Shown: one piece after another, positions 38,110 to 47,504 of the stretch | Numbering within the stretch: position 1 is the stretch's first letter | Layout of the letters: every line of letters begins with the position of its first letter | NCBI GenBank assembly: GCA_036562685.1 | Contig: DATCJR010000092.1 | Location: 1-51,572 of the forward strand | Direction: 5' to 3' | Source of the DNA: Clostridia bacterium | GTDB lineage: Bacteria > Bacillota > Clostridia > Christensenellales > DUVY01 | Length of the DNA: 51,572 nt | Program-made: the position numbers and the translations under genes | Notes under the pieces: generated by a model | The model's database searches: none | What the model was told of the DNA's origin: nothing | Seen by the model: the letters and a program-made list of their open reading frames with translations, nothing else

Positions 38110-39990
38110 CTAAAAGCTAAAAGTCAATAAAACAGAAAAGCTGTTGTAGCCCGTTTGGCTGCCTTGCAATATGTTGCAAAATCTTATACTCGCGTCCGTC
38201 TGATATGCGCTCTGATCTGATAATATTTCTATGTCAGTATAGATAACAGGCGCTATCTCTAAGACATTGCCTTGTCTAAAGACAATAATGTCATTCATGA
38301 CAAAAGCCTGCTCTAGCAAAAAAGGCGCATTGCCTTGCGTTATCAAGCTGATTTCACACAAGTCATAATCTATTTCATATAGATAAAAAACATTGGCAGA
38401 ATCCGTTATAATAATGTACCGCGTATCCAAAAACACCTTGTCAATATTGCTCACATATTTGTTAAGGTCAAAAATATCCAATTTTTCTGACACATAAGAA
38501 TACACCGCGACTTTTTTGTCCTTGTCCGAAAAAGCCACGATAGCCTCTCCGATATAATACATACGGTCGGGCGAAATTGATTTTAAGGTCAATATTATCT
38601 GACTGTACAACGGATTGGCGTCTGCGTTCAAAAGCGCCTTATGAACTGTTCCGTTTAAATCATCTTTTTTATAGTTAGTTGCAAAAAGTGTATTTCGTCT
38701 GTACGATGTACCCAAAAACTGTGTATTTTCGGCTTCTATTGTGCAGTTATCCGTCAATATCGGACTTTGGTCCATATAACCAAAAGTCTGTCCTTTTAAA
38801 ATACCATGGCTAAAATAATACAAAACCATATTTTTGCCGCCTGCGTATTCCAAAGACATCAGTTCTATATCGCACTCTAGGTCATTTTGAAAAGTCTTTT
38901 CAACAATCCCACCATTAGAAACATCAAAAAAATACAGCCTTTTTTTATCATGCCCTAGCAGTGTGTCTGATTGGTTGCACACAACCGCAATCTTGCCTGC
39001 GCACATATCCAATAATGAAACTCTTGCAGGCAAAGTTATTTTTCCGATAAATTTAAGAGTGCCTAAAAAGTCTTTAAAAACTTCTATTTCGTTGTTTTTT
39101 ACGCTCAGCAAAAATTGACGGTCTTTTGAAACAAAAATTTTTGACAAGTCCAAATGCAAACATCTTGTATGCGTCTTAGCGGAAACTGCTTTTATTTTGG
39201 CGTGCATGCTAAAGTGTGCCATAACATCATTAATTTTTAATGATGTTATTTCTTTTTTTATAAAATTTACAATCTCTATTCTTGCCTTATCATCAAATGT
39301 GCAAGTCAAAACAGCGTCTTGGATTTTACTGTATGTCGCGCTAGAAATTATTACAGGCTCGCCTTTATAAAAGATGATTATATTTTTTGCGTCCTGTTGG
39401 TGGGGACAAATCAGCCTAAAGGTATTATGATTAGGAAAAATACAAGGGTAACGCTTTGTAATATTTTGCAGGTCTTCAATACTATGATAATCGCAATATC
39501 CGTAAGTAAATGCATCATAATCCAATGCTTCTATCCCCAAAAACACTTTTATAAGCGGATTATCGCCTTGAACAAACACTTCTGAAAACGGAAAATAAAA
39601 ATACGCCGTTATTTCCATAGGCTCGCTGCCCTTATATACTTTTTGGGGCAACATGCTGTGGGTTATTAAGTTACCGTTTAAATCGGCGCAAAAACCAAGT
39701 TCGGTTATTCCCTGACCCACAAATTCATTTTCATCCAAAACTATCTTTCTAAGAACATAATAATCGCCCTTCGTCCAGTCGGCGTTGTATTCTATTATCT
39801 TAGCGGGTTTGACAGAAATGGGCGAAAACAGACTGTAATTAATCACGCTGGGCGTTCCTGTTCCGCTGCCAAACGCAATATAATCGGTAACCTTATACCC
39901 CTGATTGATTTTTTCTCTGAAGTTAGAAAGCATTATGTTATGCGAAATGTAAGTTTTGCCCTGATGTTTAATGATATATGTATTTTTCAT
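38110..39990 (-). CDS. Candidate tail fibre or receptor-binding protein (626 aa).
   Basis: The N-terminal YIAFGSGTGTPS...GITELGFCADLNGNLITHS resembles the tail-collar fibre N-terminal pattern (GdG..tp...L..E....E.Gl.d.dG.Li). The remainder looks beta-rich and is unassigned. Confidence 0.5.
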   Translation of the reverse strand: MKNTYIIKHQGKTYISHNIMLSNFREKINQGYKVTDYIAFGSGTGTPSVINYSLFSPISVKPAKIIEYNADWTKGDYYVLRKIVLDENEFVGQGITELGFCADLNGNLITHSMLPQKVYKGSEPMEITAYFYFPFSEVFVQGDNPLIKVFLGIEALDYDAFTYGYCDYHSIEDLQNITKRYPCIFPNHNTFRLICPHQQDAKNIIIFYKGEPVIISSATYSKIQDAVLTCTFDDKARIEIVNFIKKEITSLKINDVMAHFSMHAKIKAVSAKTHTRCLHLDLSKIFVSKDRQFLLSVKNNEIEVFKDFLGTLKFIGKITLPARVSLLDMCAGKIAVVCNQSDTLLGHDKKRLYFFDVSNGGIVEKTFQNDLECDIELMSLEYAGGKNMVLYYFSHGILKGQTFGYMDQSPILTDNCTIEAENTQFLGTSYRRNTLFATNYKKDDLNGTVHKALLNADANPLYSQIILTLKSISPDRMYYIGEAIVAFSDKDKKVAVYSYVSEKLDIFDLNKYVSNIDKVFLDTRYIIITDSANVFYLYEIDYDLCEISLITQGNAPFLLEQAFVMNDIIVFRQGNVLEIAPVIYTDIEILSDQSAYQTDASIRFCNILQGSQTGYNSFSVLLTFSF

Positions 39991-40003
39991 TGTGTTACCT
40001 TTT

Positions 40004-40990
40004 TTACCCCAAATTATATGGCGTGGTGGATAAATTCACACTTGAAATCTTTTCTTTGGTCATAATTGAATTGGCGGTTTTGAGATAAATTTTTTGGTCT
40101 ATGGTTTTGAACAAAAACATAGGATACGGCGCGTCAAACACCGCTCTAACAGTTTCATAAACGCCTGACTGCAAAATAATCTCTGTCTTGCCTGACACCT
40201 GATTGGTGGGATACACTATGCGGTAAAACGGTTTTGAGTCTTGAATATAAACTATAAGATAGCCTATGGCTATCGGCGCAACCGCCGCACAATCTACATC
40301 ATTGTCAATGTCTAAGGTATGGCTTCCAAGCACTTCAAACTTAAGTTCTTTTTGCTGCCCTATGTACGTTAATGCCGTTTTATAGTCATCATCAAAACCT
40401 TGGCACAACGAAAAATCCTGTCCCTCGCCCAAAACCAAAGGCTCCTTAAAAAAATCAAATTCACAGGTGTCGCTAACATAACAGCAGATTTTATCTTCAA
40501 TTTTTAGTCCAACAATGTTTTTTGACTCGCGGTTAATAAGCTGGATATTGACATCACTTTCAAATCCGCGCACATTGCCGCCCGAGATTATAAAGTCATA
40601 AGAAATAAGTCTTCCGCTGAAATCCTGCCCATCGATTACAATCCCCAAGCTGTTACTAAGCTGTCCTTGAGTGCAAAAAAAGAAAAAATACTCTCTTTCG
40701 CCTAGGTTTAGTTCAATCCTGTCAACATAGCATATAAAACCGTTCAGCTTGCAGGCAAAATCTATGGTTGATTGTTGTTCTGCTATGAGCCGTAGTTTGC
40801 CTATTATTGTAACCAGAGTGTTTTTAGCAGAAGAAAACTTTATCTCAAAGGTGTAATTATCTTGTATTTTTTCATTAAGAGTTTTATTTACCTGCCAATT
40901 AGACATTATTATATTGGTTTTGTTTTCTATGCTTTTTAGCCGTTTGTTTAGGTCTTCTATATTTAGATATGCCAGTTTTCCAAAGTCCAT
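40004..40990 (-). CDS. Hypothetical phage-like structural protein (328 aa).
   Basis: Short N-terminal coiled coil (LNIEDLNKRLKSIENK) followed by beta-rich sequence. Position is within the structural operon. Confidence 0.55.
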   Translation of the reverse strand: MDFGKLAYLNIEDLNKRLKSIENKTNIIMSNWQVNKTLNEKIQDNYTFEIKFSSAKNTLVTIIGKLRLIAEQQSTIDFACKLNGFICYVDRIELNLGEREYFFFFCTQGQLSNSLGIVIDGQDFSGRLISYDFIISGGNVRGFESDVNIQLINRESKNIVGLKIEDKICCYVSDTCEFDFFKEPLVLGEGQDFSLCQGFDDDYKTALTYIGQQKELKFEVLGSHTLDIDNDVDCAAVAPIAIGYLIVYIQDSKPFYRIVYPTNQVSGKTEIILQSGVYETVRAVFDAPYPMFLFKTIDQKIYLKTANSIMTKEKISSVNLSTTPYNLG

Positions 40991-41001
40991 TTTTTAACCC
41001 C

Positions 41002-42480
41002 CTATTTTGTGATATTGAGTTCAAGCATAGGACGGGTTATGTAGCTATTGGAGCTTAAAACCAAAAACGAAATACTTATAAGTCTGAATTTTAGCCTGAA
41101 CGGTATTCTGGTTACCGCCCTGCTGCCCTGGACTTTGAGCTTATATACTTTTCCGTCTGCATTAATAACAATTTCGCAAGGCGTATGACTCACAAGGCAT
41201 ATGGCTTTGAGTGTTTTTATATAATCTCCGCGCCCCAGATCGGTATATGGCGACTGCCAGACCTTCAAAAATTCCTGACCATAATATTGACCGCATGCAG
41301 ACAAAACGCTCAAAATACCTGAATGTTCACTGTGCGAACAAAAAGTCAAAAGCTCTTTTGAACCGATTTTTAAAACCAAAAAACTACCGACATCTATGCC
41401 CCTGTAAACTATGTATGTTTTTTTGGCTGTGTCGTATTCAATAACCGCATTGCACACATGATCTGAGTTTTCGCACAAAACCTTTTGACCGTCCGAAAAA
41501 TCAAATCGGCAGGCAAGATAATATTTTCCGTTATAAAAGACTGCGTGGGCGTTGTCTATATCTTTTATCGCTCTGGTGATTTCGTCCATTATTCGGTATG
41601 TCTGCAATCCGTCAAAAGCATACAGTCCGCTTGAAGTCAAAAATATCACATGGTCGCCGCACAAGGTAACGGTGTTTTTGCATATTCTGCCGCTGGAAGT
41701 GAACAGGTGCGAAACAAAAAACTGCGTCTGGTCTGCATACGCGCTTATTCTTGTTATGCCAAACTCTCTAAAAACATAGACATAGTCCAAAAAACTCATA
41801 ACCTTTAAAAGCGCGCCTCTCTCGTCGTTCATTTCTATAAAGCCTGCGCTTTCAAGGTTTATATCCCAGTTAATCGGATCAAGCTCTTTTGAAAACCAGA
41901 TCTGATTGCTCTCGCCTGTCGATGTGGCAAACAGCCTTTCATAATGAACGGTCATAGACGCAATCTTGGGAGCTTGTTCTACCCTGTATGGCTCGTCAAC
42001 TCCATTAAAGACCAGCATTTCGTCTGTGGGCGAAGTGACAATCAAAACATCTTCGCTGTTAAGGCGGTAATTGAGAAAATTGGGCGTGCTGGAAAAGTAT
42101 GAGTTAGGAATTTTGGTAAATTCGCAAGACGCCCCAAAAATATCGTTATAGTAAAGAAATCCGTCTGACATATAAAGTATCAGCTTGTCATCTCGTCTAA
42201 GCAGCGAAAAGTCATAGCGGTAATACTGCCATGCGGCTTTTATCTGTCCTTGGGGGTAAACTAATTCTTTTGTTTTTTCCAGATGTTCTGACGACAACGC
42301 CTGTATGCCAAGCCCGTCCTTTAACGCACCGTCCGAAATGTCAAAGTTATATGTATTAAAGGCGTACTTTATAGGCATTATGTTGGAATCAATATCACGC
42401 ACCATTCCGCCGCTGAAATTTGCAAACTCTACTATTGTGTTGCGCACTTTGGGCGTTTTTAGATTTTGATGATAAAACAT
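41002..42480 (-). CDS. Hypothetical large phage-like structural protein (about 492 aa); possible tail hub, nozzle or stabilisation protein.
   Basis: Start MFYHQNLKTPK at 42480 (RBS GGAG, 1 nt after the upstream stop) rather than the track's 42597. Beta-propeller-like repetitive composition. Sits after the adaptor-like gene, as in P22/T7-like layouts. Confidence 0.55.
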   Translation of the reverse strand: MFYHQNLKTPKVRNTIVEFANFSGGMVRDIDSNIMPIKYAFNTYNFDISDGALKDGLGIQALSSEHLEKTKELVYPQGQIKAAWQYYRYDFSLLRRDDKLILYMSDGFLYYNDIFGASCEFTKIPNSYFSSTPNFLNYRLNSEDVLIVTSPTDEMLVFNGVDEPYRVEQAPKIASMTVHYERLFATSTGESNQIWFSKELDPINWDINLESAGFIEMNDERGALLKVMSFLDYVYVFREFGITRISAYADQTQFFVSHLFTSSGRICKNTVTLCGDHVIFLTSSGLYAFDGLQTYRIMDEITRAIKDIDNAHAVFYNGKYYLACRFDFSDGQKVLCENSDHVCNAVIEYDTAKKTYIVYRGIDVGSFLVLKIGSKELLTFCSHSEHSGILSVLSACGQYYGQEFLKVWQSPYTDLGRGDYIKTLKAICLVSHTPCEIVINADGKVYKLKVQGSRAVTRIPFRLKFRLISISFLVLSSNSYITRPMLELNITK

Positions 42481-42481
42481 A

Positions 42482-43048
42482 TTATCTCCATAACCTTTTG
42501 GGAATTTTGAGTACGGTGTTTTGGCTGGCGATATTTTGCAGGGTTTGTTTGTATCTAGAATCAAAGCTCTGCGCTTCTTCATACATGGACATAACAAGAC
42601 AATATTCTCTTGCCGCGCCGTATGCTATCAATCTGGAAGTTACTTTTGGGTCGTTTTCTATCACTTGATCCAGCTCTTCTACTTGGGCAGGAATATAGCA
42701 ATATTCAATTTCGCAATTACCCTCGCAATCTGTATAAATATAAGACGGATACACCTTAAAAAAGCAGTCCTTGCCCTTGTCGTCTTTTATTGACTTAATT
42801 TTCAAAGCAGTTTTGTTTAAGGCCGTATATGGAATTTTACCGTCGGCTACCAAAACATCTTGGACATAATTAAGAGGTATATAATCGCTTGCTATTTCAT
42901 TTAAGGTTAGATTTATGCATTTTTTTATTAAGTCCAAATCCTTTTGCGCCTGCTCGTCCTCGGCATCTCCGCCTATTTCAGGCAATGCTAATACCGCGTC
43001 TAATTTCAGCATAGTCGCAGTGTCTATAATAATATCTTTTAGTACCAT
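42482..43048 (-). CDS. Head-tail adaptor/connector-like protein.
   Basis: Start MVLKDIIIDTATML at 43048. Has an acidic N-terminal helix region, and its position after the capsid gene is typical of gp6/gp4-type adaptors. Only weak sequence resemblance. Confidence 0.45.
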   Translation of the reverse strand: MVLKDIIIDTATMLKLDAVLALPEIGGDAEDEQAQKDLDLIKKCINLTLNEIASDYIPLNYVQDVLVADGKIPYTALNKTALKIKSIKDDKGKDCFFKVYPSYIYTDCEGNCEIEYCYIPAQVEELDQVIENDPKVTSRLIAYGAAREYCLVMSMYEEAQSFDSRYKQTLQNIASQNTVLKIPKRLWR

Positions 43049-43061
43049 AAAAAAACCGCCT

Positions 43062-43298
43062 TTATATATTAATGATTTTGGGATCAAAGCGTGAAGTCAT
43101 CGTTTTTCGGACATAGGTTATAGTGCGTGCGTCAAGCTCTTTATAGGGAACATTTAGACAAAAAGTACTGCCTATGTTGTTGCTGTTATGCACCTCGTAG
43201 CTTTTTGAGATTGTGTCAAACATAACAAAATATCCGCTGTCAATGCTCTTAAGCCTGCTGGCTATGTCATATAAATCATCTTTTATGATAATCTTCAT
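43062..43298 (-). CDS. Hypothetical phage-like protein (78 aa).
   Basis: ORF in operon context; no family recognised. Confidence 0.5.
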   Translation of the reverse strand: MKIIIKDDLYDIASRLKSIDSGYFVMFDTISKSYEVHNSNNIGSTFCLNVPYKELDARTITYVRKTMTSRFDPKIINI

Positions 43299-43325
43299 TG
43301 TCTTTTACCCTTTGGCTCTCTATTT

Positions 43326-43365
43326 AAAAGCTAAGCCCCTTATTTTTCTTAAGAGGCTTAGCTTA
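43326..43365 (-). terminator. Intra-operon hairpin just downstream of the major capsid gene (partial terminator or attenuator).
   Basis: AAGCTAAGCCCCTT / AAGAGGCTTAGCTT stem with one mismatch; TTTT follows on the minus strand. Confidence 0.5.
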
Positions 43366-43372
43366 TCTTTCA

Positions 43373-44527
43373 TTAACTTTCTGTTATTCCTGTCAGCTTG
43401 GCTTGTCCTGCGGGTCTGTCGCATACAAATTCCGCATATTTTACCAATGTTGCGGCGTATGTAGGTTTGCCTTGGTTTTGTCTCAAAATTCTGCCCTGCT
43501 CATTTTCAAGCCACTTCCAATCGCATAACTGATGAAGCTTAAAATCAGTACTGTTAAGCAGATACATTTCGCCGCTTTTTATAAACCTGTCAGAAATAAG
43601 CGGTATTCCGTTAAAGGTCAAAGCCTTATATCCGCCGGCAAGGTCCATGACGTCAATATTGCGCTTAAAAGACAGCATATAGTCCTGATAATTGCGTTTT
43701 ACGCCCGCAGAACAAACAATAAAATCCACCTTAGATCCGTTGACTTCTTCCAAACGGTCTATCGCCTGCTGCATAATGATTTCGGTGATGTCGCCGTTGA
43801 CTTCTTTTATATAAGGTTTCATCCAGCGGTGCGCTGTTCTGTCAACACCATATAATGTCTTGCTGTCTGAAAAGATTGCGCCAAGTCCTGTGATTTCATT
43901 GTTATATGAACCCTGGACATACAGCTTAGCCTGCGCCGAAACCGCCAATGTTTTATCCGCAAAATATATGGTTTTTGTGTCGCGGTCAATGGCGGTAATT
44001 CTTTTAGAAGACGCTACCTTTTCTTCACCCGAATAGATGTCAACGGCAAGCCCTTCTATCAGGTTTCGCACACAATCCACTGCGCAAGTGCCCGTTCCTG
44101 CGTCCGTAACGGTCGCTACAAGCCCGCTTCCGTCGCCATAGAGCATTCGCCCTAAGTTGAAAGCGCTGGCTTTTAACAAGCCTTCCATTTCCGCATTAAG
44201 AAGATTTACAAACGCTCCTACGCTGCTAGAAGAAGCTCGTATTGCCTTGTCTGAAATCTCAATTTGACCGTAAAGATTTTTTAGCGTGCTTACAAATTGA
44301 ACATATTGATTGCCATACGCAGAGGGCAAATCTCCATCTTCTGTGCCTGCGCCTATGCCGCCGTTAATGCCAAAAGGCGCAAGTTTTCGCACTTCTTTTC
44401 CCCATACGTCTTCTGTCGATTGCTTTATCTTAGCCAAAAACGGATTTATTTCGGTGTTTAATTGATTGCTTACCACATCAAGATAAACTGTTTTTAATAC
44501 GCTTTCGGCATTGGTTAATGTTACCAT
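43373..44527 (-). CDS. Phage major capsid protein (HK97-fold-like).
   Basis: 384 aa, immediately after the scaffold gene (TAGATG junction, RBS AAAGGAGAG). The motif NLLNAEMEGLLKASAFNLGRMLYGDGSG is typical of phage major capsid spine-helix regions. Confidence 0.8.
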   Translation of the reverse strand: MVTLTNAESVLKTVYLDVVSNQLNTEINPFLAKIKQSTEDVWGKEVRKLAPFGINGGIGAGTEDGDLPSAYGNQYVQFVSTLKNLYGQIEISDKAIRASSSSVGAFVNLLNAEMEGLLKASAFNLGRMLYGDGSGLVATVTDAGTGTCAVDCVRNLIEGLAVDIYSGEEKVASSKRITAIDRDTKTIYFADKTLAVSAQAKLYVQGSYNNEITGLGAIFSDSKTLYGVDRTAHRWMKPYIKEVNGDITEIIMQQAIDRLEEVNGSKVDFIVCSAGVKRNYQDYMLSFKRNIDVMDLAGGYKALTFNGIPLISDRFIKSGEMYLLNSTDFKLHQLCDWKWLENEQGRILRQNQGKPTYAATLVKYAEFVCDRPAGQAKLTGITES

Positions 44528-45193
44528 CTAAAACTCTCCTTTTTTTGATAAAAGTTCTTTTGCCAGACTTTGCGCGTCTTTTAGATTTTTGGGACGAATC
44601 GGGGGCAAAACGCTTATCACCGTACTCTGTCCGCAAATCGTTCTTGGAACATTGACGCTTACAAGTTTGGACAAATAATCATTGATAAAATGCTGTCTTA
44701 TTTCTTCGTTTTGATAAACAAAATCATTTAGGAACTTCTCGTCTTTCAAAATATCCGCCGGATGCTGAACCTTGGAGATAAGCACCGCATTAAAAGCTGC
44801 GAGCAAATCGTTAAACTCAGGCTTCATAGTATTAAGCGCCTGTCCGATTTCAAGCGCATATTCTTTTGCCTGCGGATACTGTTCAAAAAACCTGTCAATC
44901 ACAAGCTCTGTTTGGTCGTTTGCTTGCTCTTCTTGTTTTACAGGCTCGCTGCCGTTATCCTGTCCGGGCGACAACGGGTTGTCTGCAACTTGGTCATTTT
45001 GAACTATTTGATCTTGGTTTTGGGTTTCAAGTGTCTTTTGCTGAAAATCTTGTTTTTCGTTTTCTAATTGCTTTTTTAAGGCGGCGTATTCCTGACATTT
45101 TTTTGTATAAGCCGAATGCAGGTTGTTGTACGCCTTCAAAAGCTCTTCTGTTGACTTGAACTTAGAAAGAGTAATATCATTCATTGATTTCAC
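44528..45193 (-). CDS. Phage scaffolding protein.
   Basis: N-terminal KFKSTEELLKAYNNLHSAYTKKCQEYAALKKQLE, a Q/E-rich coiled coil, and position between portal and capsid. Confidence 0.75.
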   Translation of the reverse strand: MKSMNDITLSKFKSTEELLKAYNNLHSAYTKKCQEYAALKKQLENEKQDFQQKTLETQNQDQIVQNDQVADNPLSPGQDNGSEPVKQEEQANDQTELVIDRFFEQYPQAKEYALEIGQALNTMKPEFNDLLAAFNAVLISKVQHPADILKDEKFLNDFVYQNEEIRQHFINDYLSKLVSVNVPRTICGQSTVISVLPPIRPKNLKDAQSLAKELLSKKGEF

Positions 45194-47036
45194 CCTTGTT
45201 AGATAAACTCATAATCGCTTTGTGATGTCTTATGTGTTTTAAAAACCGTTCTTTTATGCTATCTTTTTTAGAAAAACCGTCTGAAAGCATATATTTGATA
45301 TGCTCTTCGATATGCAGTTCATGATTGTCTATTTCGCTTGCATCCTGGTCTTGCTCCAATAACGCAAGGTTTTCTCTTTGCGCCTGCTTGATATGTAACC
45401 CGTCTATATCGCGCGCGTTTTCGTAAATTCCAAGCCCCAGCATCTCCAAAATCTTATGCCGCATGCGATTGCTTATTTTGCCATTTTCGTCCGCTAGTAT
45501 CCCCGTTTTTAGCAAATCAAAAACAAAACTTCGCTTATTGGCTGGAGTCTGATTAAGTTCGTTTTCAGAAGCAAACACCACATCATCGCTATTGAGATCG
45601 CTTTTTTTCCAATAATATGTCTCCAAGTCGCCGTTTTCGCCTACGATTTTTAGCACGCGCGCTTCGTTCGAATATTCCCTGTAAATGCGCAAAATCATTT
45701 TAGCGATAGACTTGATCGCATCACGGATAAACTCCGCGCTCATAGAAAGCCTTGTGTCGTCCTGTTCGATAAGCAGCTGCAAGCCTACGCCAGACGAAAC
45801 ACTGTTAGGCACCTGGCTGTTACGCATGATCTCGGACACGCCGCTTATGCTGATAAACTCTGACATTATGCGGTCTTCTTCTGCGTTTAGTTCGCTGGGC
45901 AGTCTGCCCGTATCCATAAAAACAGGCGGATTGGCACCTTGTCTATACACCACGATTTTGCCGGGCGGCAAACCGTCTTCTGTAAGCTCGTCTATATCAA
46001 CCGCACCGTCTTCTACCGCCAGCACGCCCGCCGCTAATCGGTTCAAAAACTCAGCTTTTCTGTTTTTTACTGCATTATAGCTTCGCTGAACAGGTATAGC
46101 TCGTTCGATTATGCTGATCCCAAAAAAACTTCCTGCAGTCTTGGTGCAGGTTTGTTTTACAAAAGGGAACGCAGGCGTATTCTCCGCGCCTACATTATAA
46201 GGTAGTTCTCCGATATGCAACAGCTTGTCTTGAGTGATTATAATCAGCCTGCCTTTAGGGAATTGCTTGGTCGGCTTTTGATAAAACTCTATTACTATCG
46301 AATGTTTTTTTGGCGTTTGAGTAATATTTTTTTCTGACTGATACAGACCAAACACATTGACATCTTCGCCCGAAACGGTTATACCCCATGTGTCCTTGAT
46401 ATAATCAACCTCGCATGCTCTTGCGTGAATAAGACTCTGGCAATCCTCGACTTCGCACGAATTGAGATAATCGGGATATATTTCAAATGGCGGCACAACC
46501 GTTATAGATATGTCGCCCTGATAAACAGGCGTTCCGTCTTCAAGTTTTCCAGCAATTTTGCCTGCGTTTTTATCCCAGCCGATTTTATAAAAAACAGTTC
46601 CGCACGTTTCGCTCCATACCGTGGCCTGTGAAATCAATCGGCTCAAATCGTTTTTATGATAAATAGAATTAAGCAGCATGGACGACACCTTGGCGGTATA
46701 AATATCCGAATCAGAATCAGTAGCAGGCACAACGCTCATAACAGGACGCACCCTGTTGAGCTTGGCAAGTCGTGTTTCAAGTATAGGCGCGAGGTGGTTA
46801 TACACCTGCCTTTCCTGCCAAAAAAACTGCTTGTCGCAATCCTGTATTTCACCGTTTGAGGCTATGTCGCAGTATTGATTTCCCAGCACAAAATTCATAT
46901 TAAGCTGCCATTGAAGCTCATATTTTCTTCTTTGGTTGCGTCTGTTTTGATAATCGCTTCTTATTTCCTGGATTAGTTCTTCTACGCTTTTTCCGCCAAA
47001 CAGATAAAGACTGCTTTTGGGTATTTCTTTTTTCAT
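45177..47036 (-). CDS. Phage portal protein.
   Basis: 619 aa, located between the packaging and scaffold genes. The N-terminal YELQWQLNMNFVLGNQY...NHLAPILETRLAKL is portal-like. Confidence 0.8.
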   Translation of the reverse strand: MKKEIPKSSLYLFGGKSVEELIQEIRSDYQNRRNQRRKYELQWQLNMNFVLGNQYCDIASNGEIQDCDKQFFWQERQVYNHLAPILETRLAKLNRVRPVMSVVPATDSDSDIYTAKVSSMLLNSIYHKNDLSRLISQATVWSETCGTVFYKIGWDKNAGKIAGKLEDGTPVYQGDISITVVPPFEIYPDYLNSCEVEDCQSLIHARACEVDYIKDTWGITVSGEDVNVFGLYQSEKNITQTPKKHSIVIEFYQKPTKQFPKGRLIIITQDKLLHIGELPYNVGAENTPAFPFVKQTCTKTAGSFFGISIIERAIPVQRSYNAVKNRKAEFLNRLAAGVLAVEDGAVDIDELTEDGLPPGKIVVYRQGANPPVFMDTGRLPSELNAEEDRIMSEFISISGVSEIMRNSQVPNSVSSGVGLQLLIEQDDTRLSMSAEFIRDAIKSIAKMILRIYREYSNEARVLKIVGENGDLETYYWKKSDLNSDDVVFASENELNQTPANKRSFVFDLLKTGILADENGKISNRMRHKILEMLGLGIYENARDIDGLHIKQAQRENLALLEQDQDASEIDNHELHIEEHIKYMLSDGFSKKDSIKERFLKHIRHHKAIMSLSNKGEINE

Positions 47037-47248
47037 ATTTTTTCTACCTTGTTTTCTTGGCTCTTTTTTGTTTTGCTATGCGCTTTTAAAACCTTTGCAC
47101 CTTCTTTGGTTAAAGTATCCAGGCAAGCGCTGCATATATGAATTTCATTTCTTATCCCCAGCCTTTTTGCCCTTATCGCAAACTCCGCTTTGTTGGGGCA
47201 AACTCCCATCTCGCAGCGGGACACGTATTTCAGCTTGACTATTTCCAC
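47033..47248 (-). CDS. Small Cys4 zinc-ribbon-like protein (71 aa).
   Basis: GTG start with strong RBS GGAGGAG. Motifs CEMGVC...CSAC. ATGA overlap with the portal start. Confidence 0.55.
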   Translation of the reverse strand: MEIVKLKYVSRCEMGVCPNKAEFAIRAKRLGIRNEIHICSACLDTLTKEGAKVLKAHSKTKKSQENKVEKI

Positions 47249-47504
47249 TATTTAGCTCCTCCATAATTTCGTGCTTGAGTTTGTTGATTTCGTTCTCCAA
47301 CTCTTGGTCTGACATCTCATTAATATTCTGTTCCATATCAATAAGCAGTTTTGCTGCCGCAAGGTCGGGCGGAATATGCTTTTTGGTTACTTTTTTCTTG
47401 GTTAGTTTTAGCCCTTCCTCGTCCATGACATATTCTTCAACAACTTCATTGACATTGTAGCCTTGCGCTTTTTTTGCTATCACCTTCAAAAAATCATCTT
47501 TCAC
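47145..47504 (-). CDS. Small acidic/basic protein, possible small terminase-like or DNA-packaging accessory protein (119 aa).
   Basis: GTG start forms a GTGA overlap with the terL stop. LTKKKVTKKHIPPDLAAAKLLID resembles a motif seen in Firmicute-phage TerS proteins. Its 3' 104 nt overlap the zinc-ribbon ORF in another frame. Confidence 0.45.
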   Translation of the reverse strand: MKDDFLKVIAKKAQGYNVNEVVEEYVMDEEGLKLTKKKVTKKHIPPDLAAAKLLIDMEQNINEMSDQELENEINKLKHEIMEELNSGNSQAEIRVPLRDGSLPQQSGVCDKGKKAGDKK

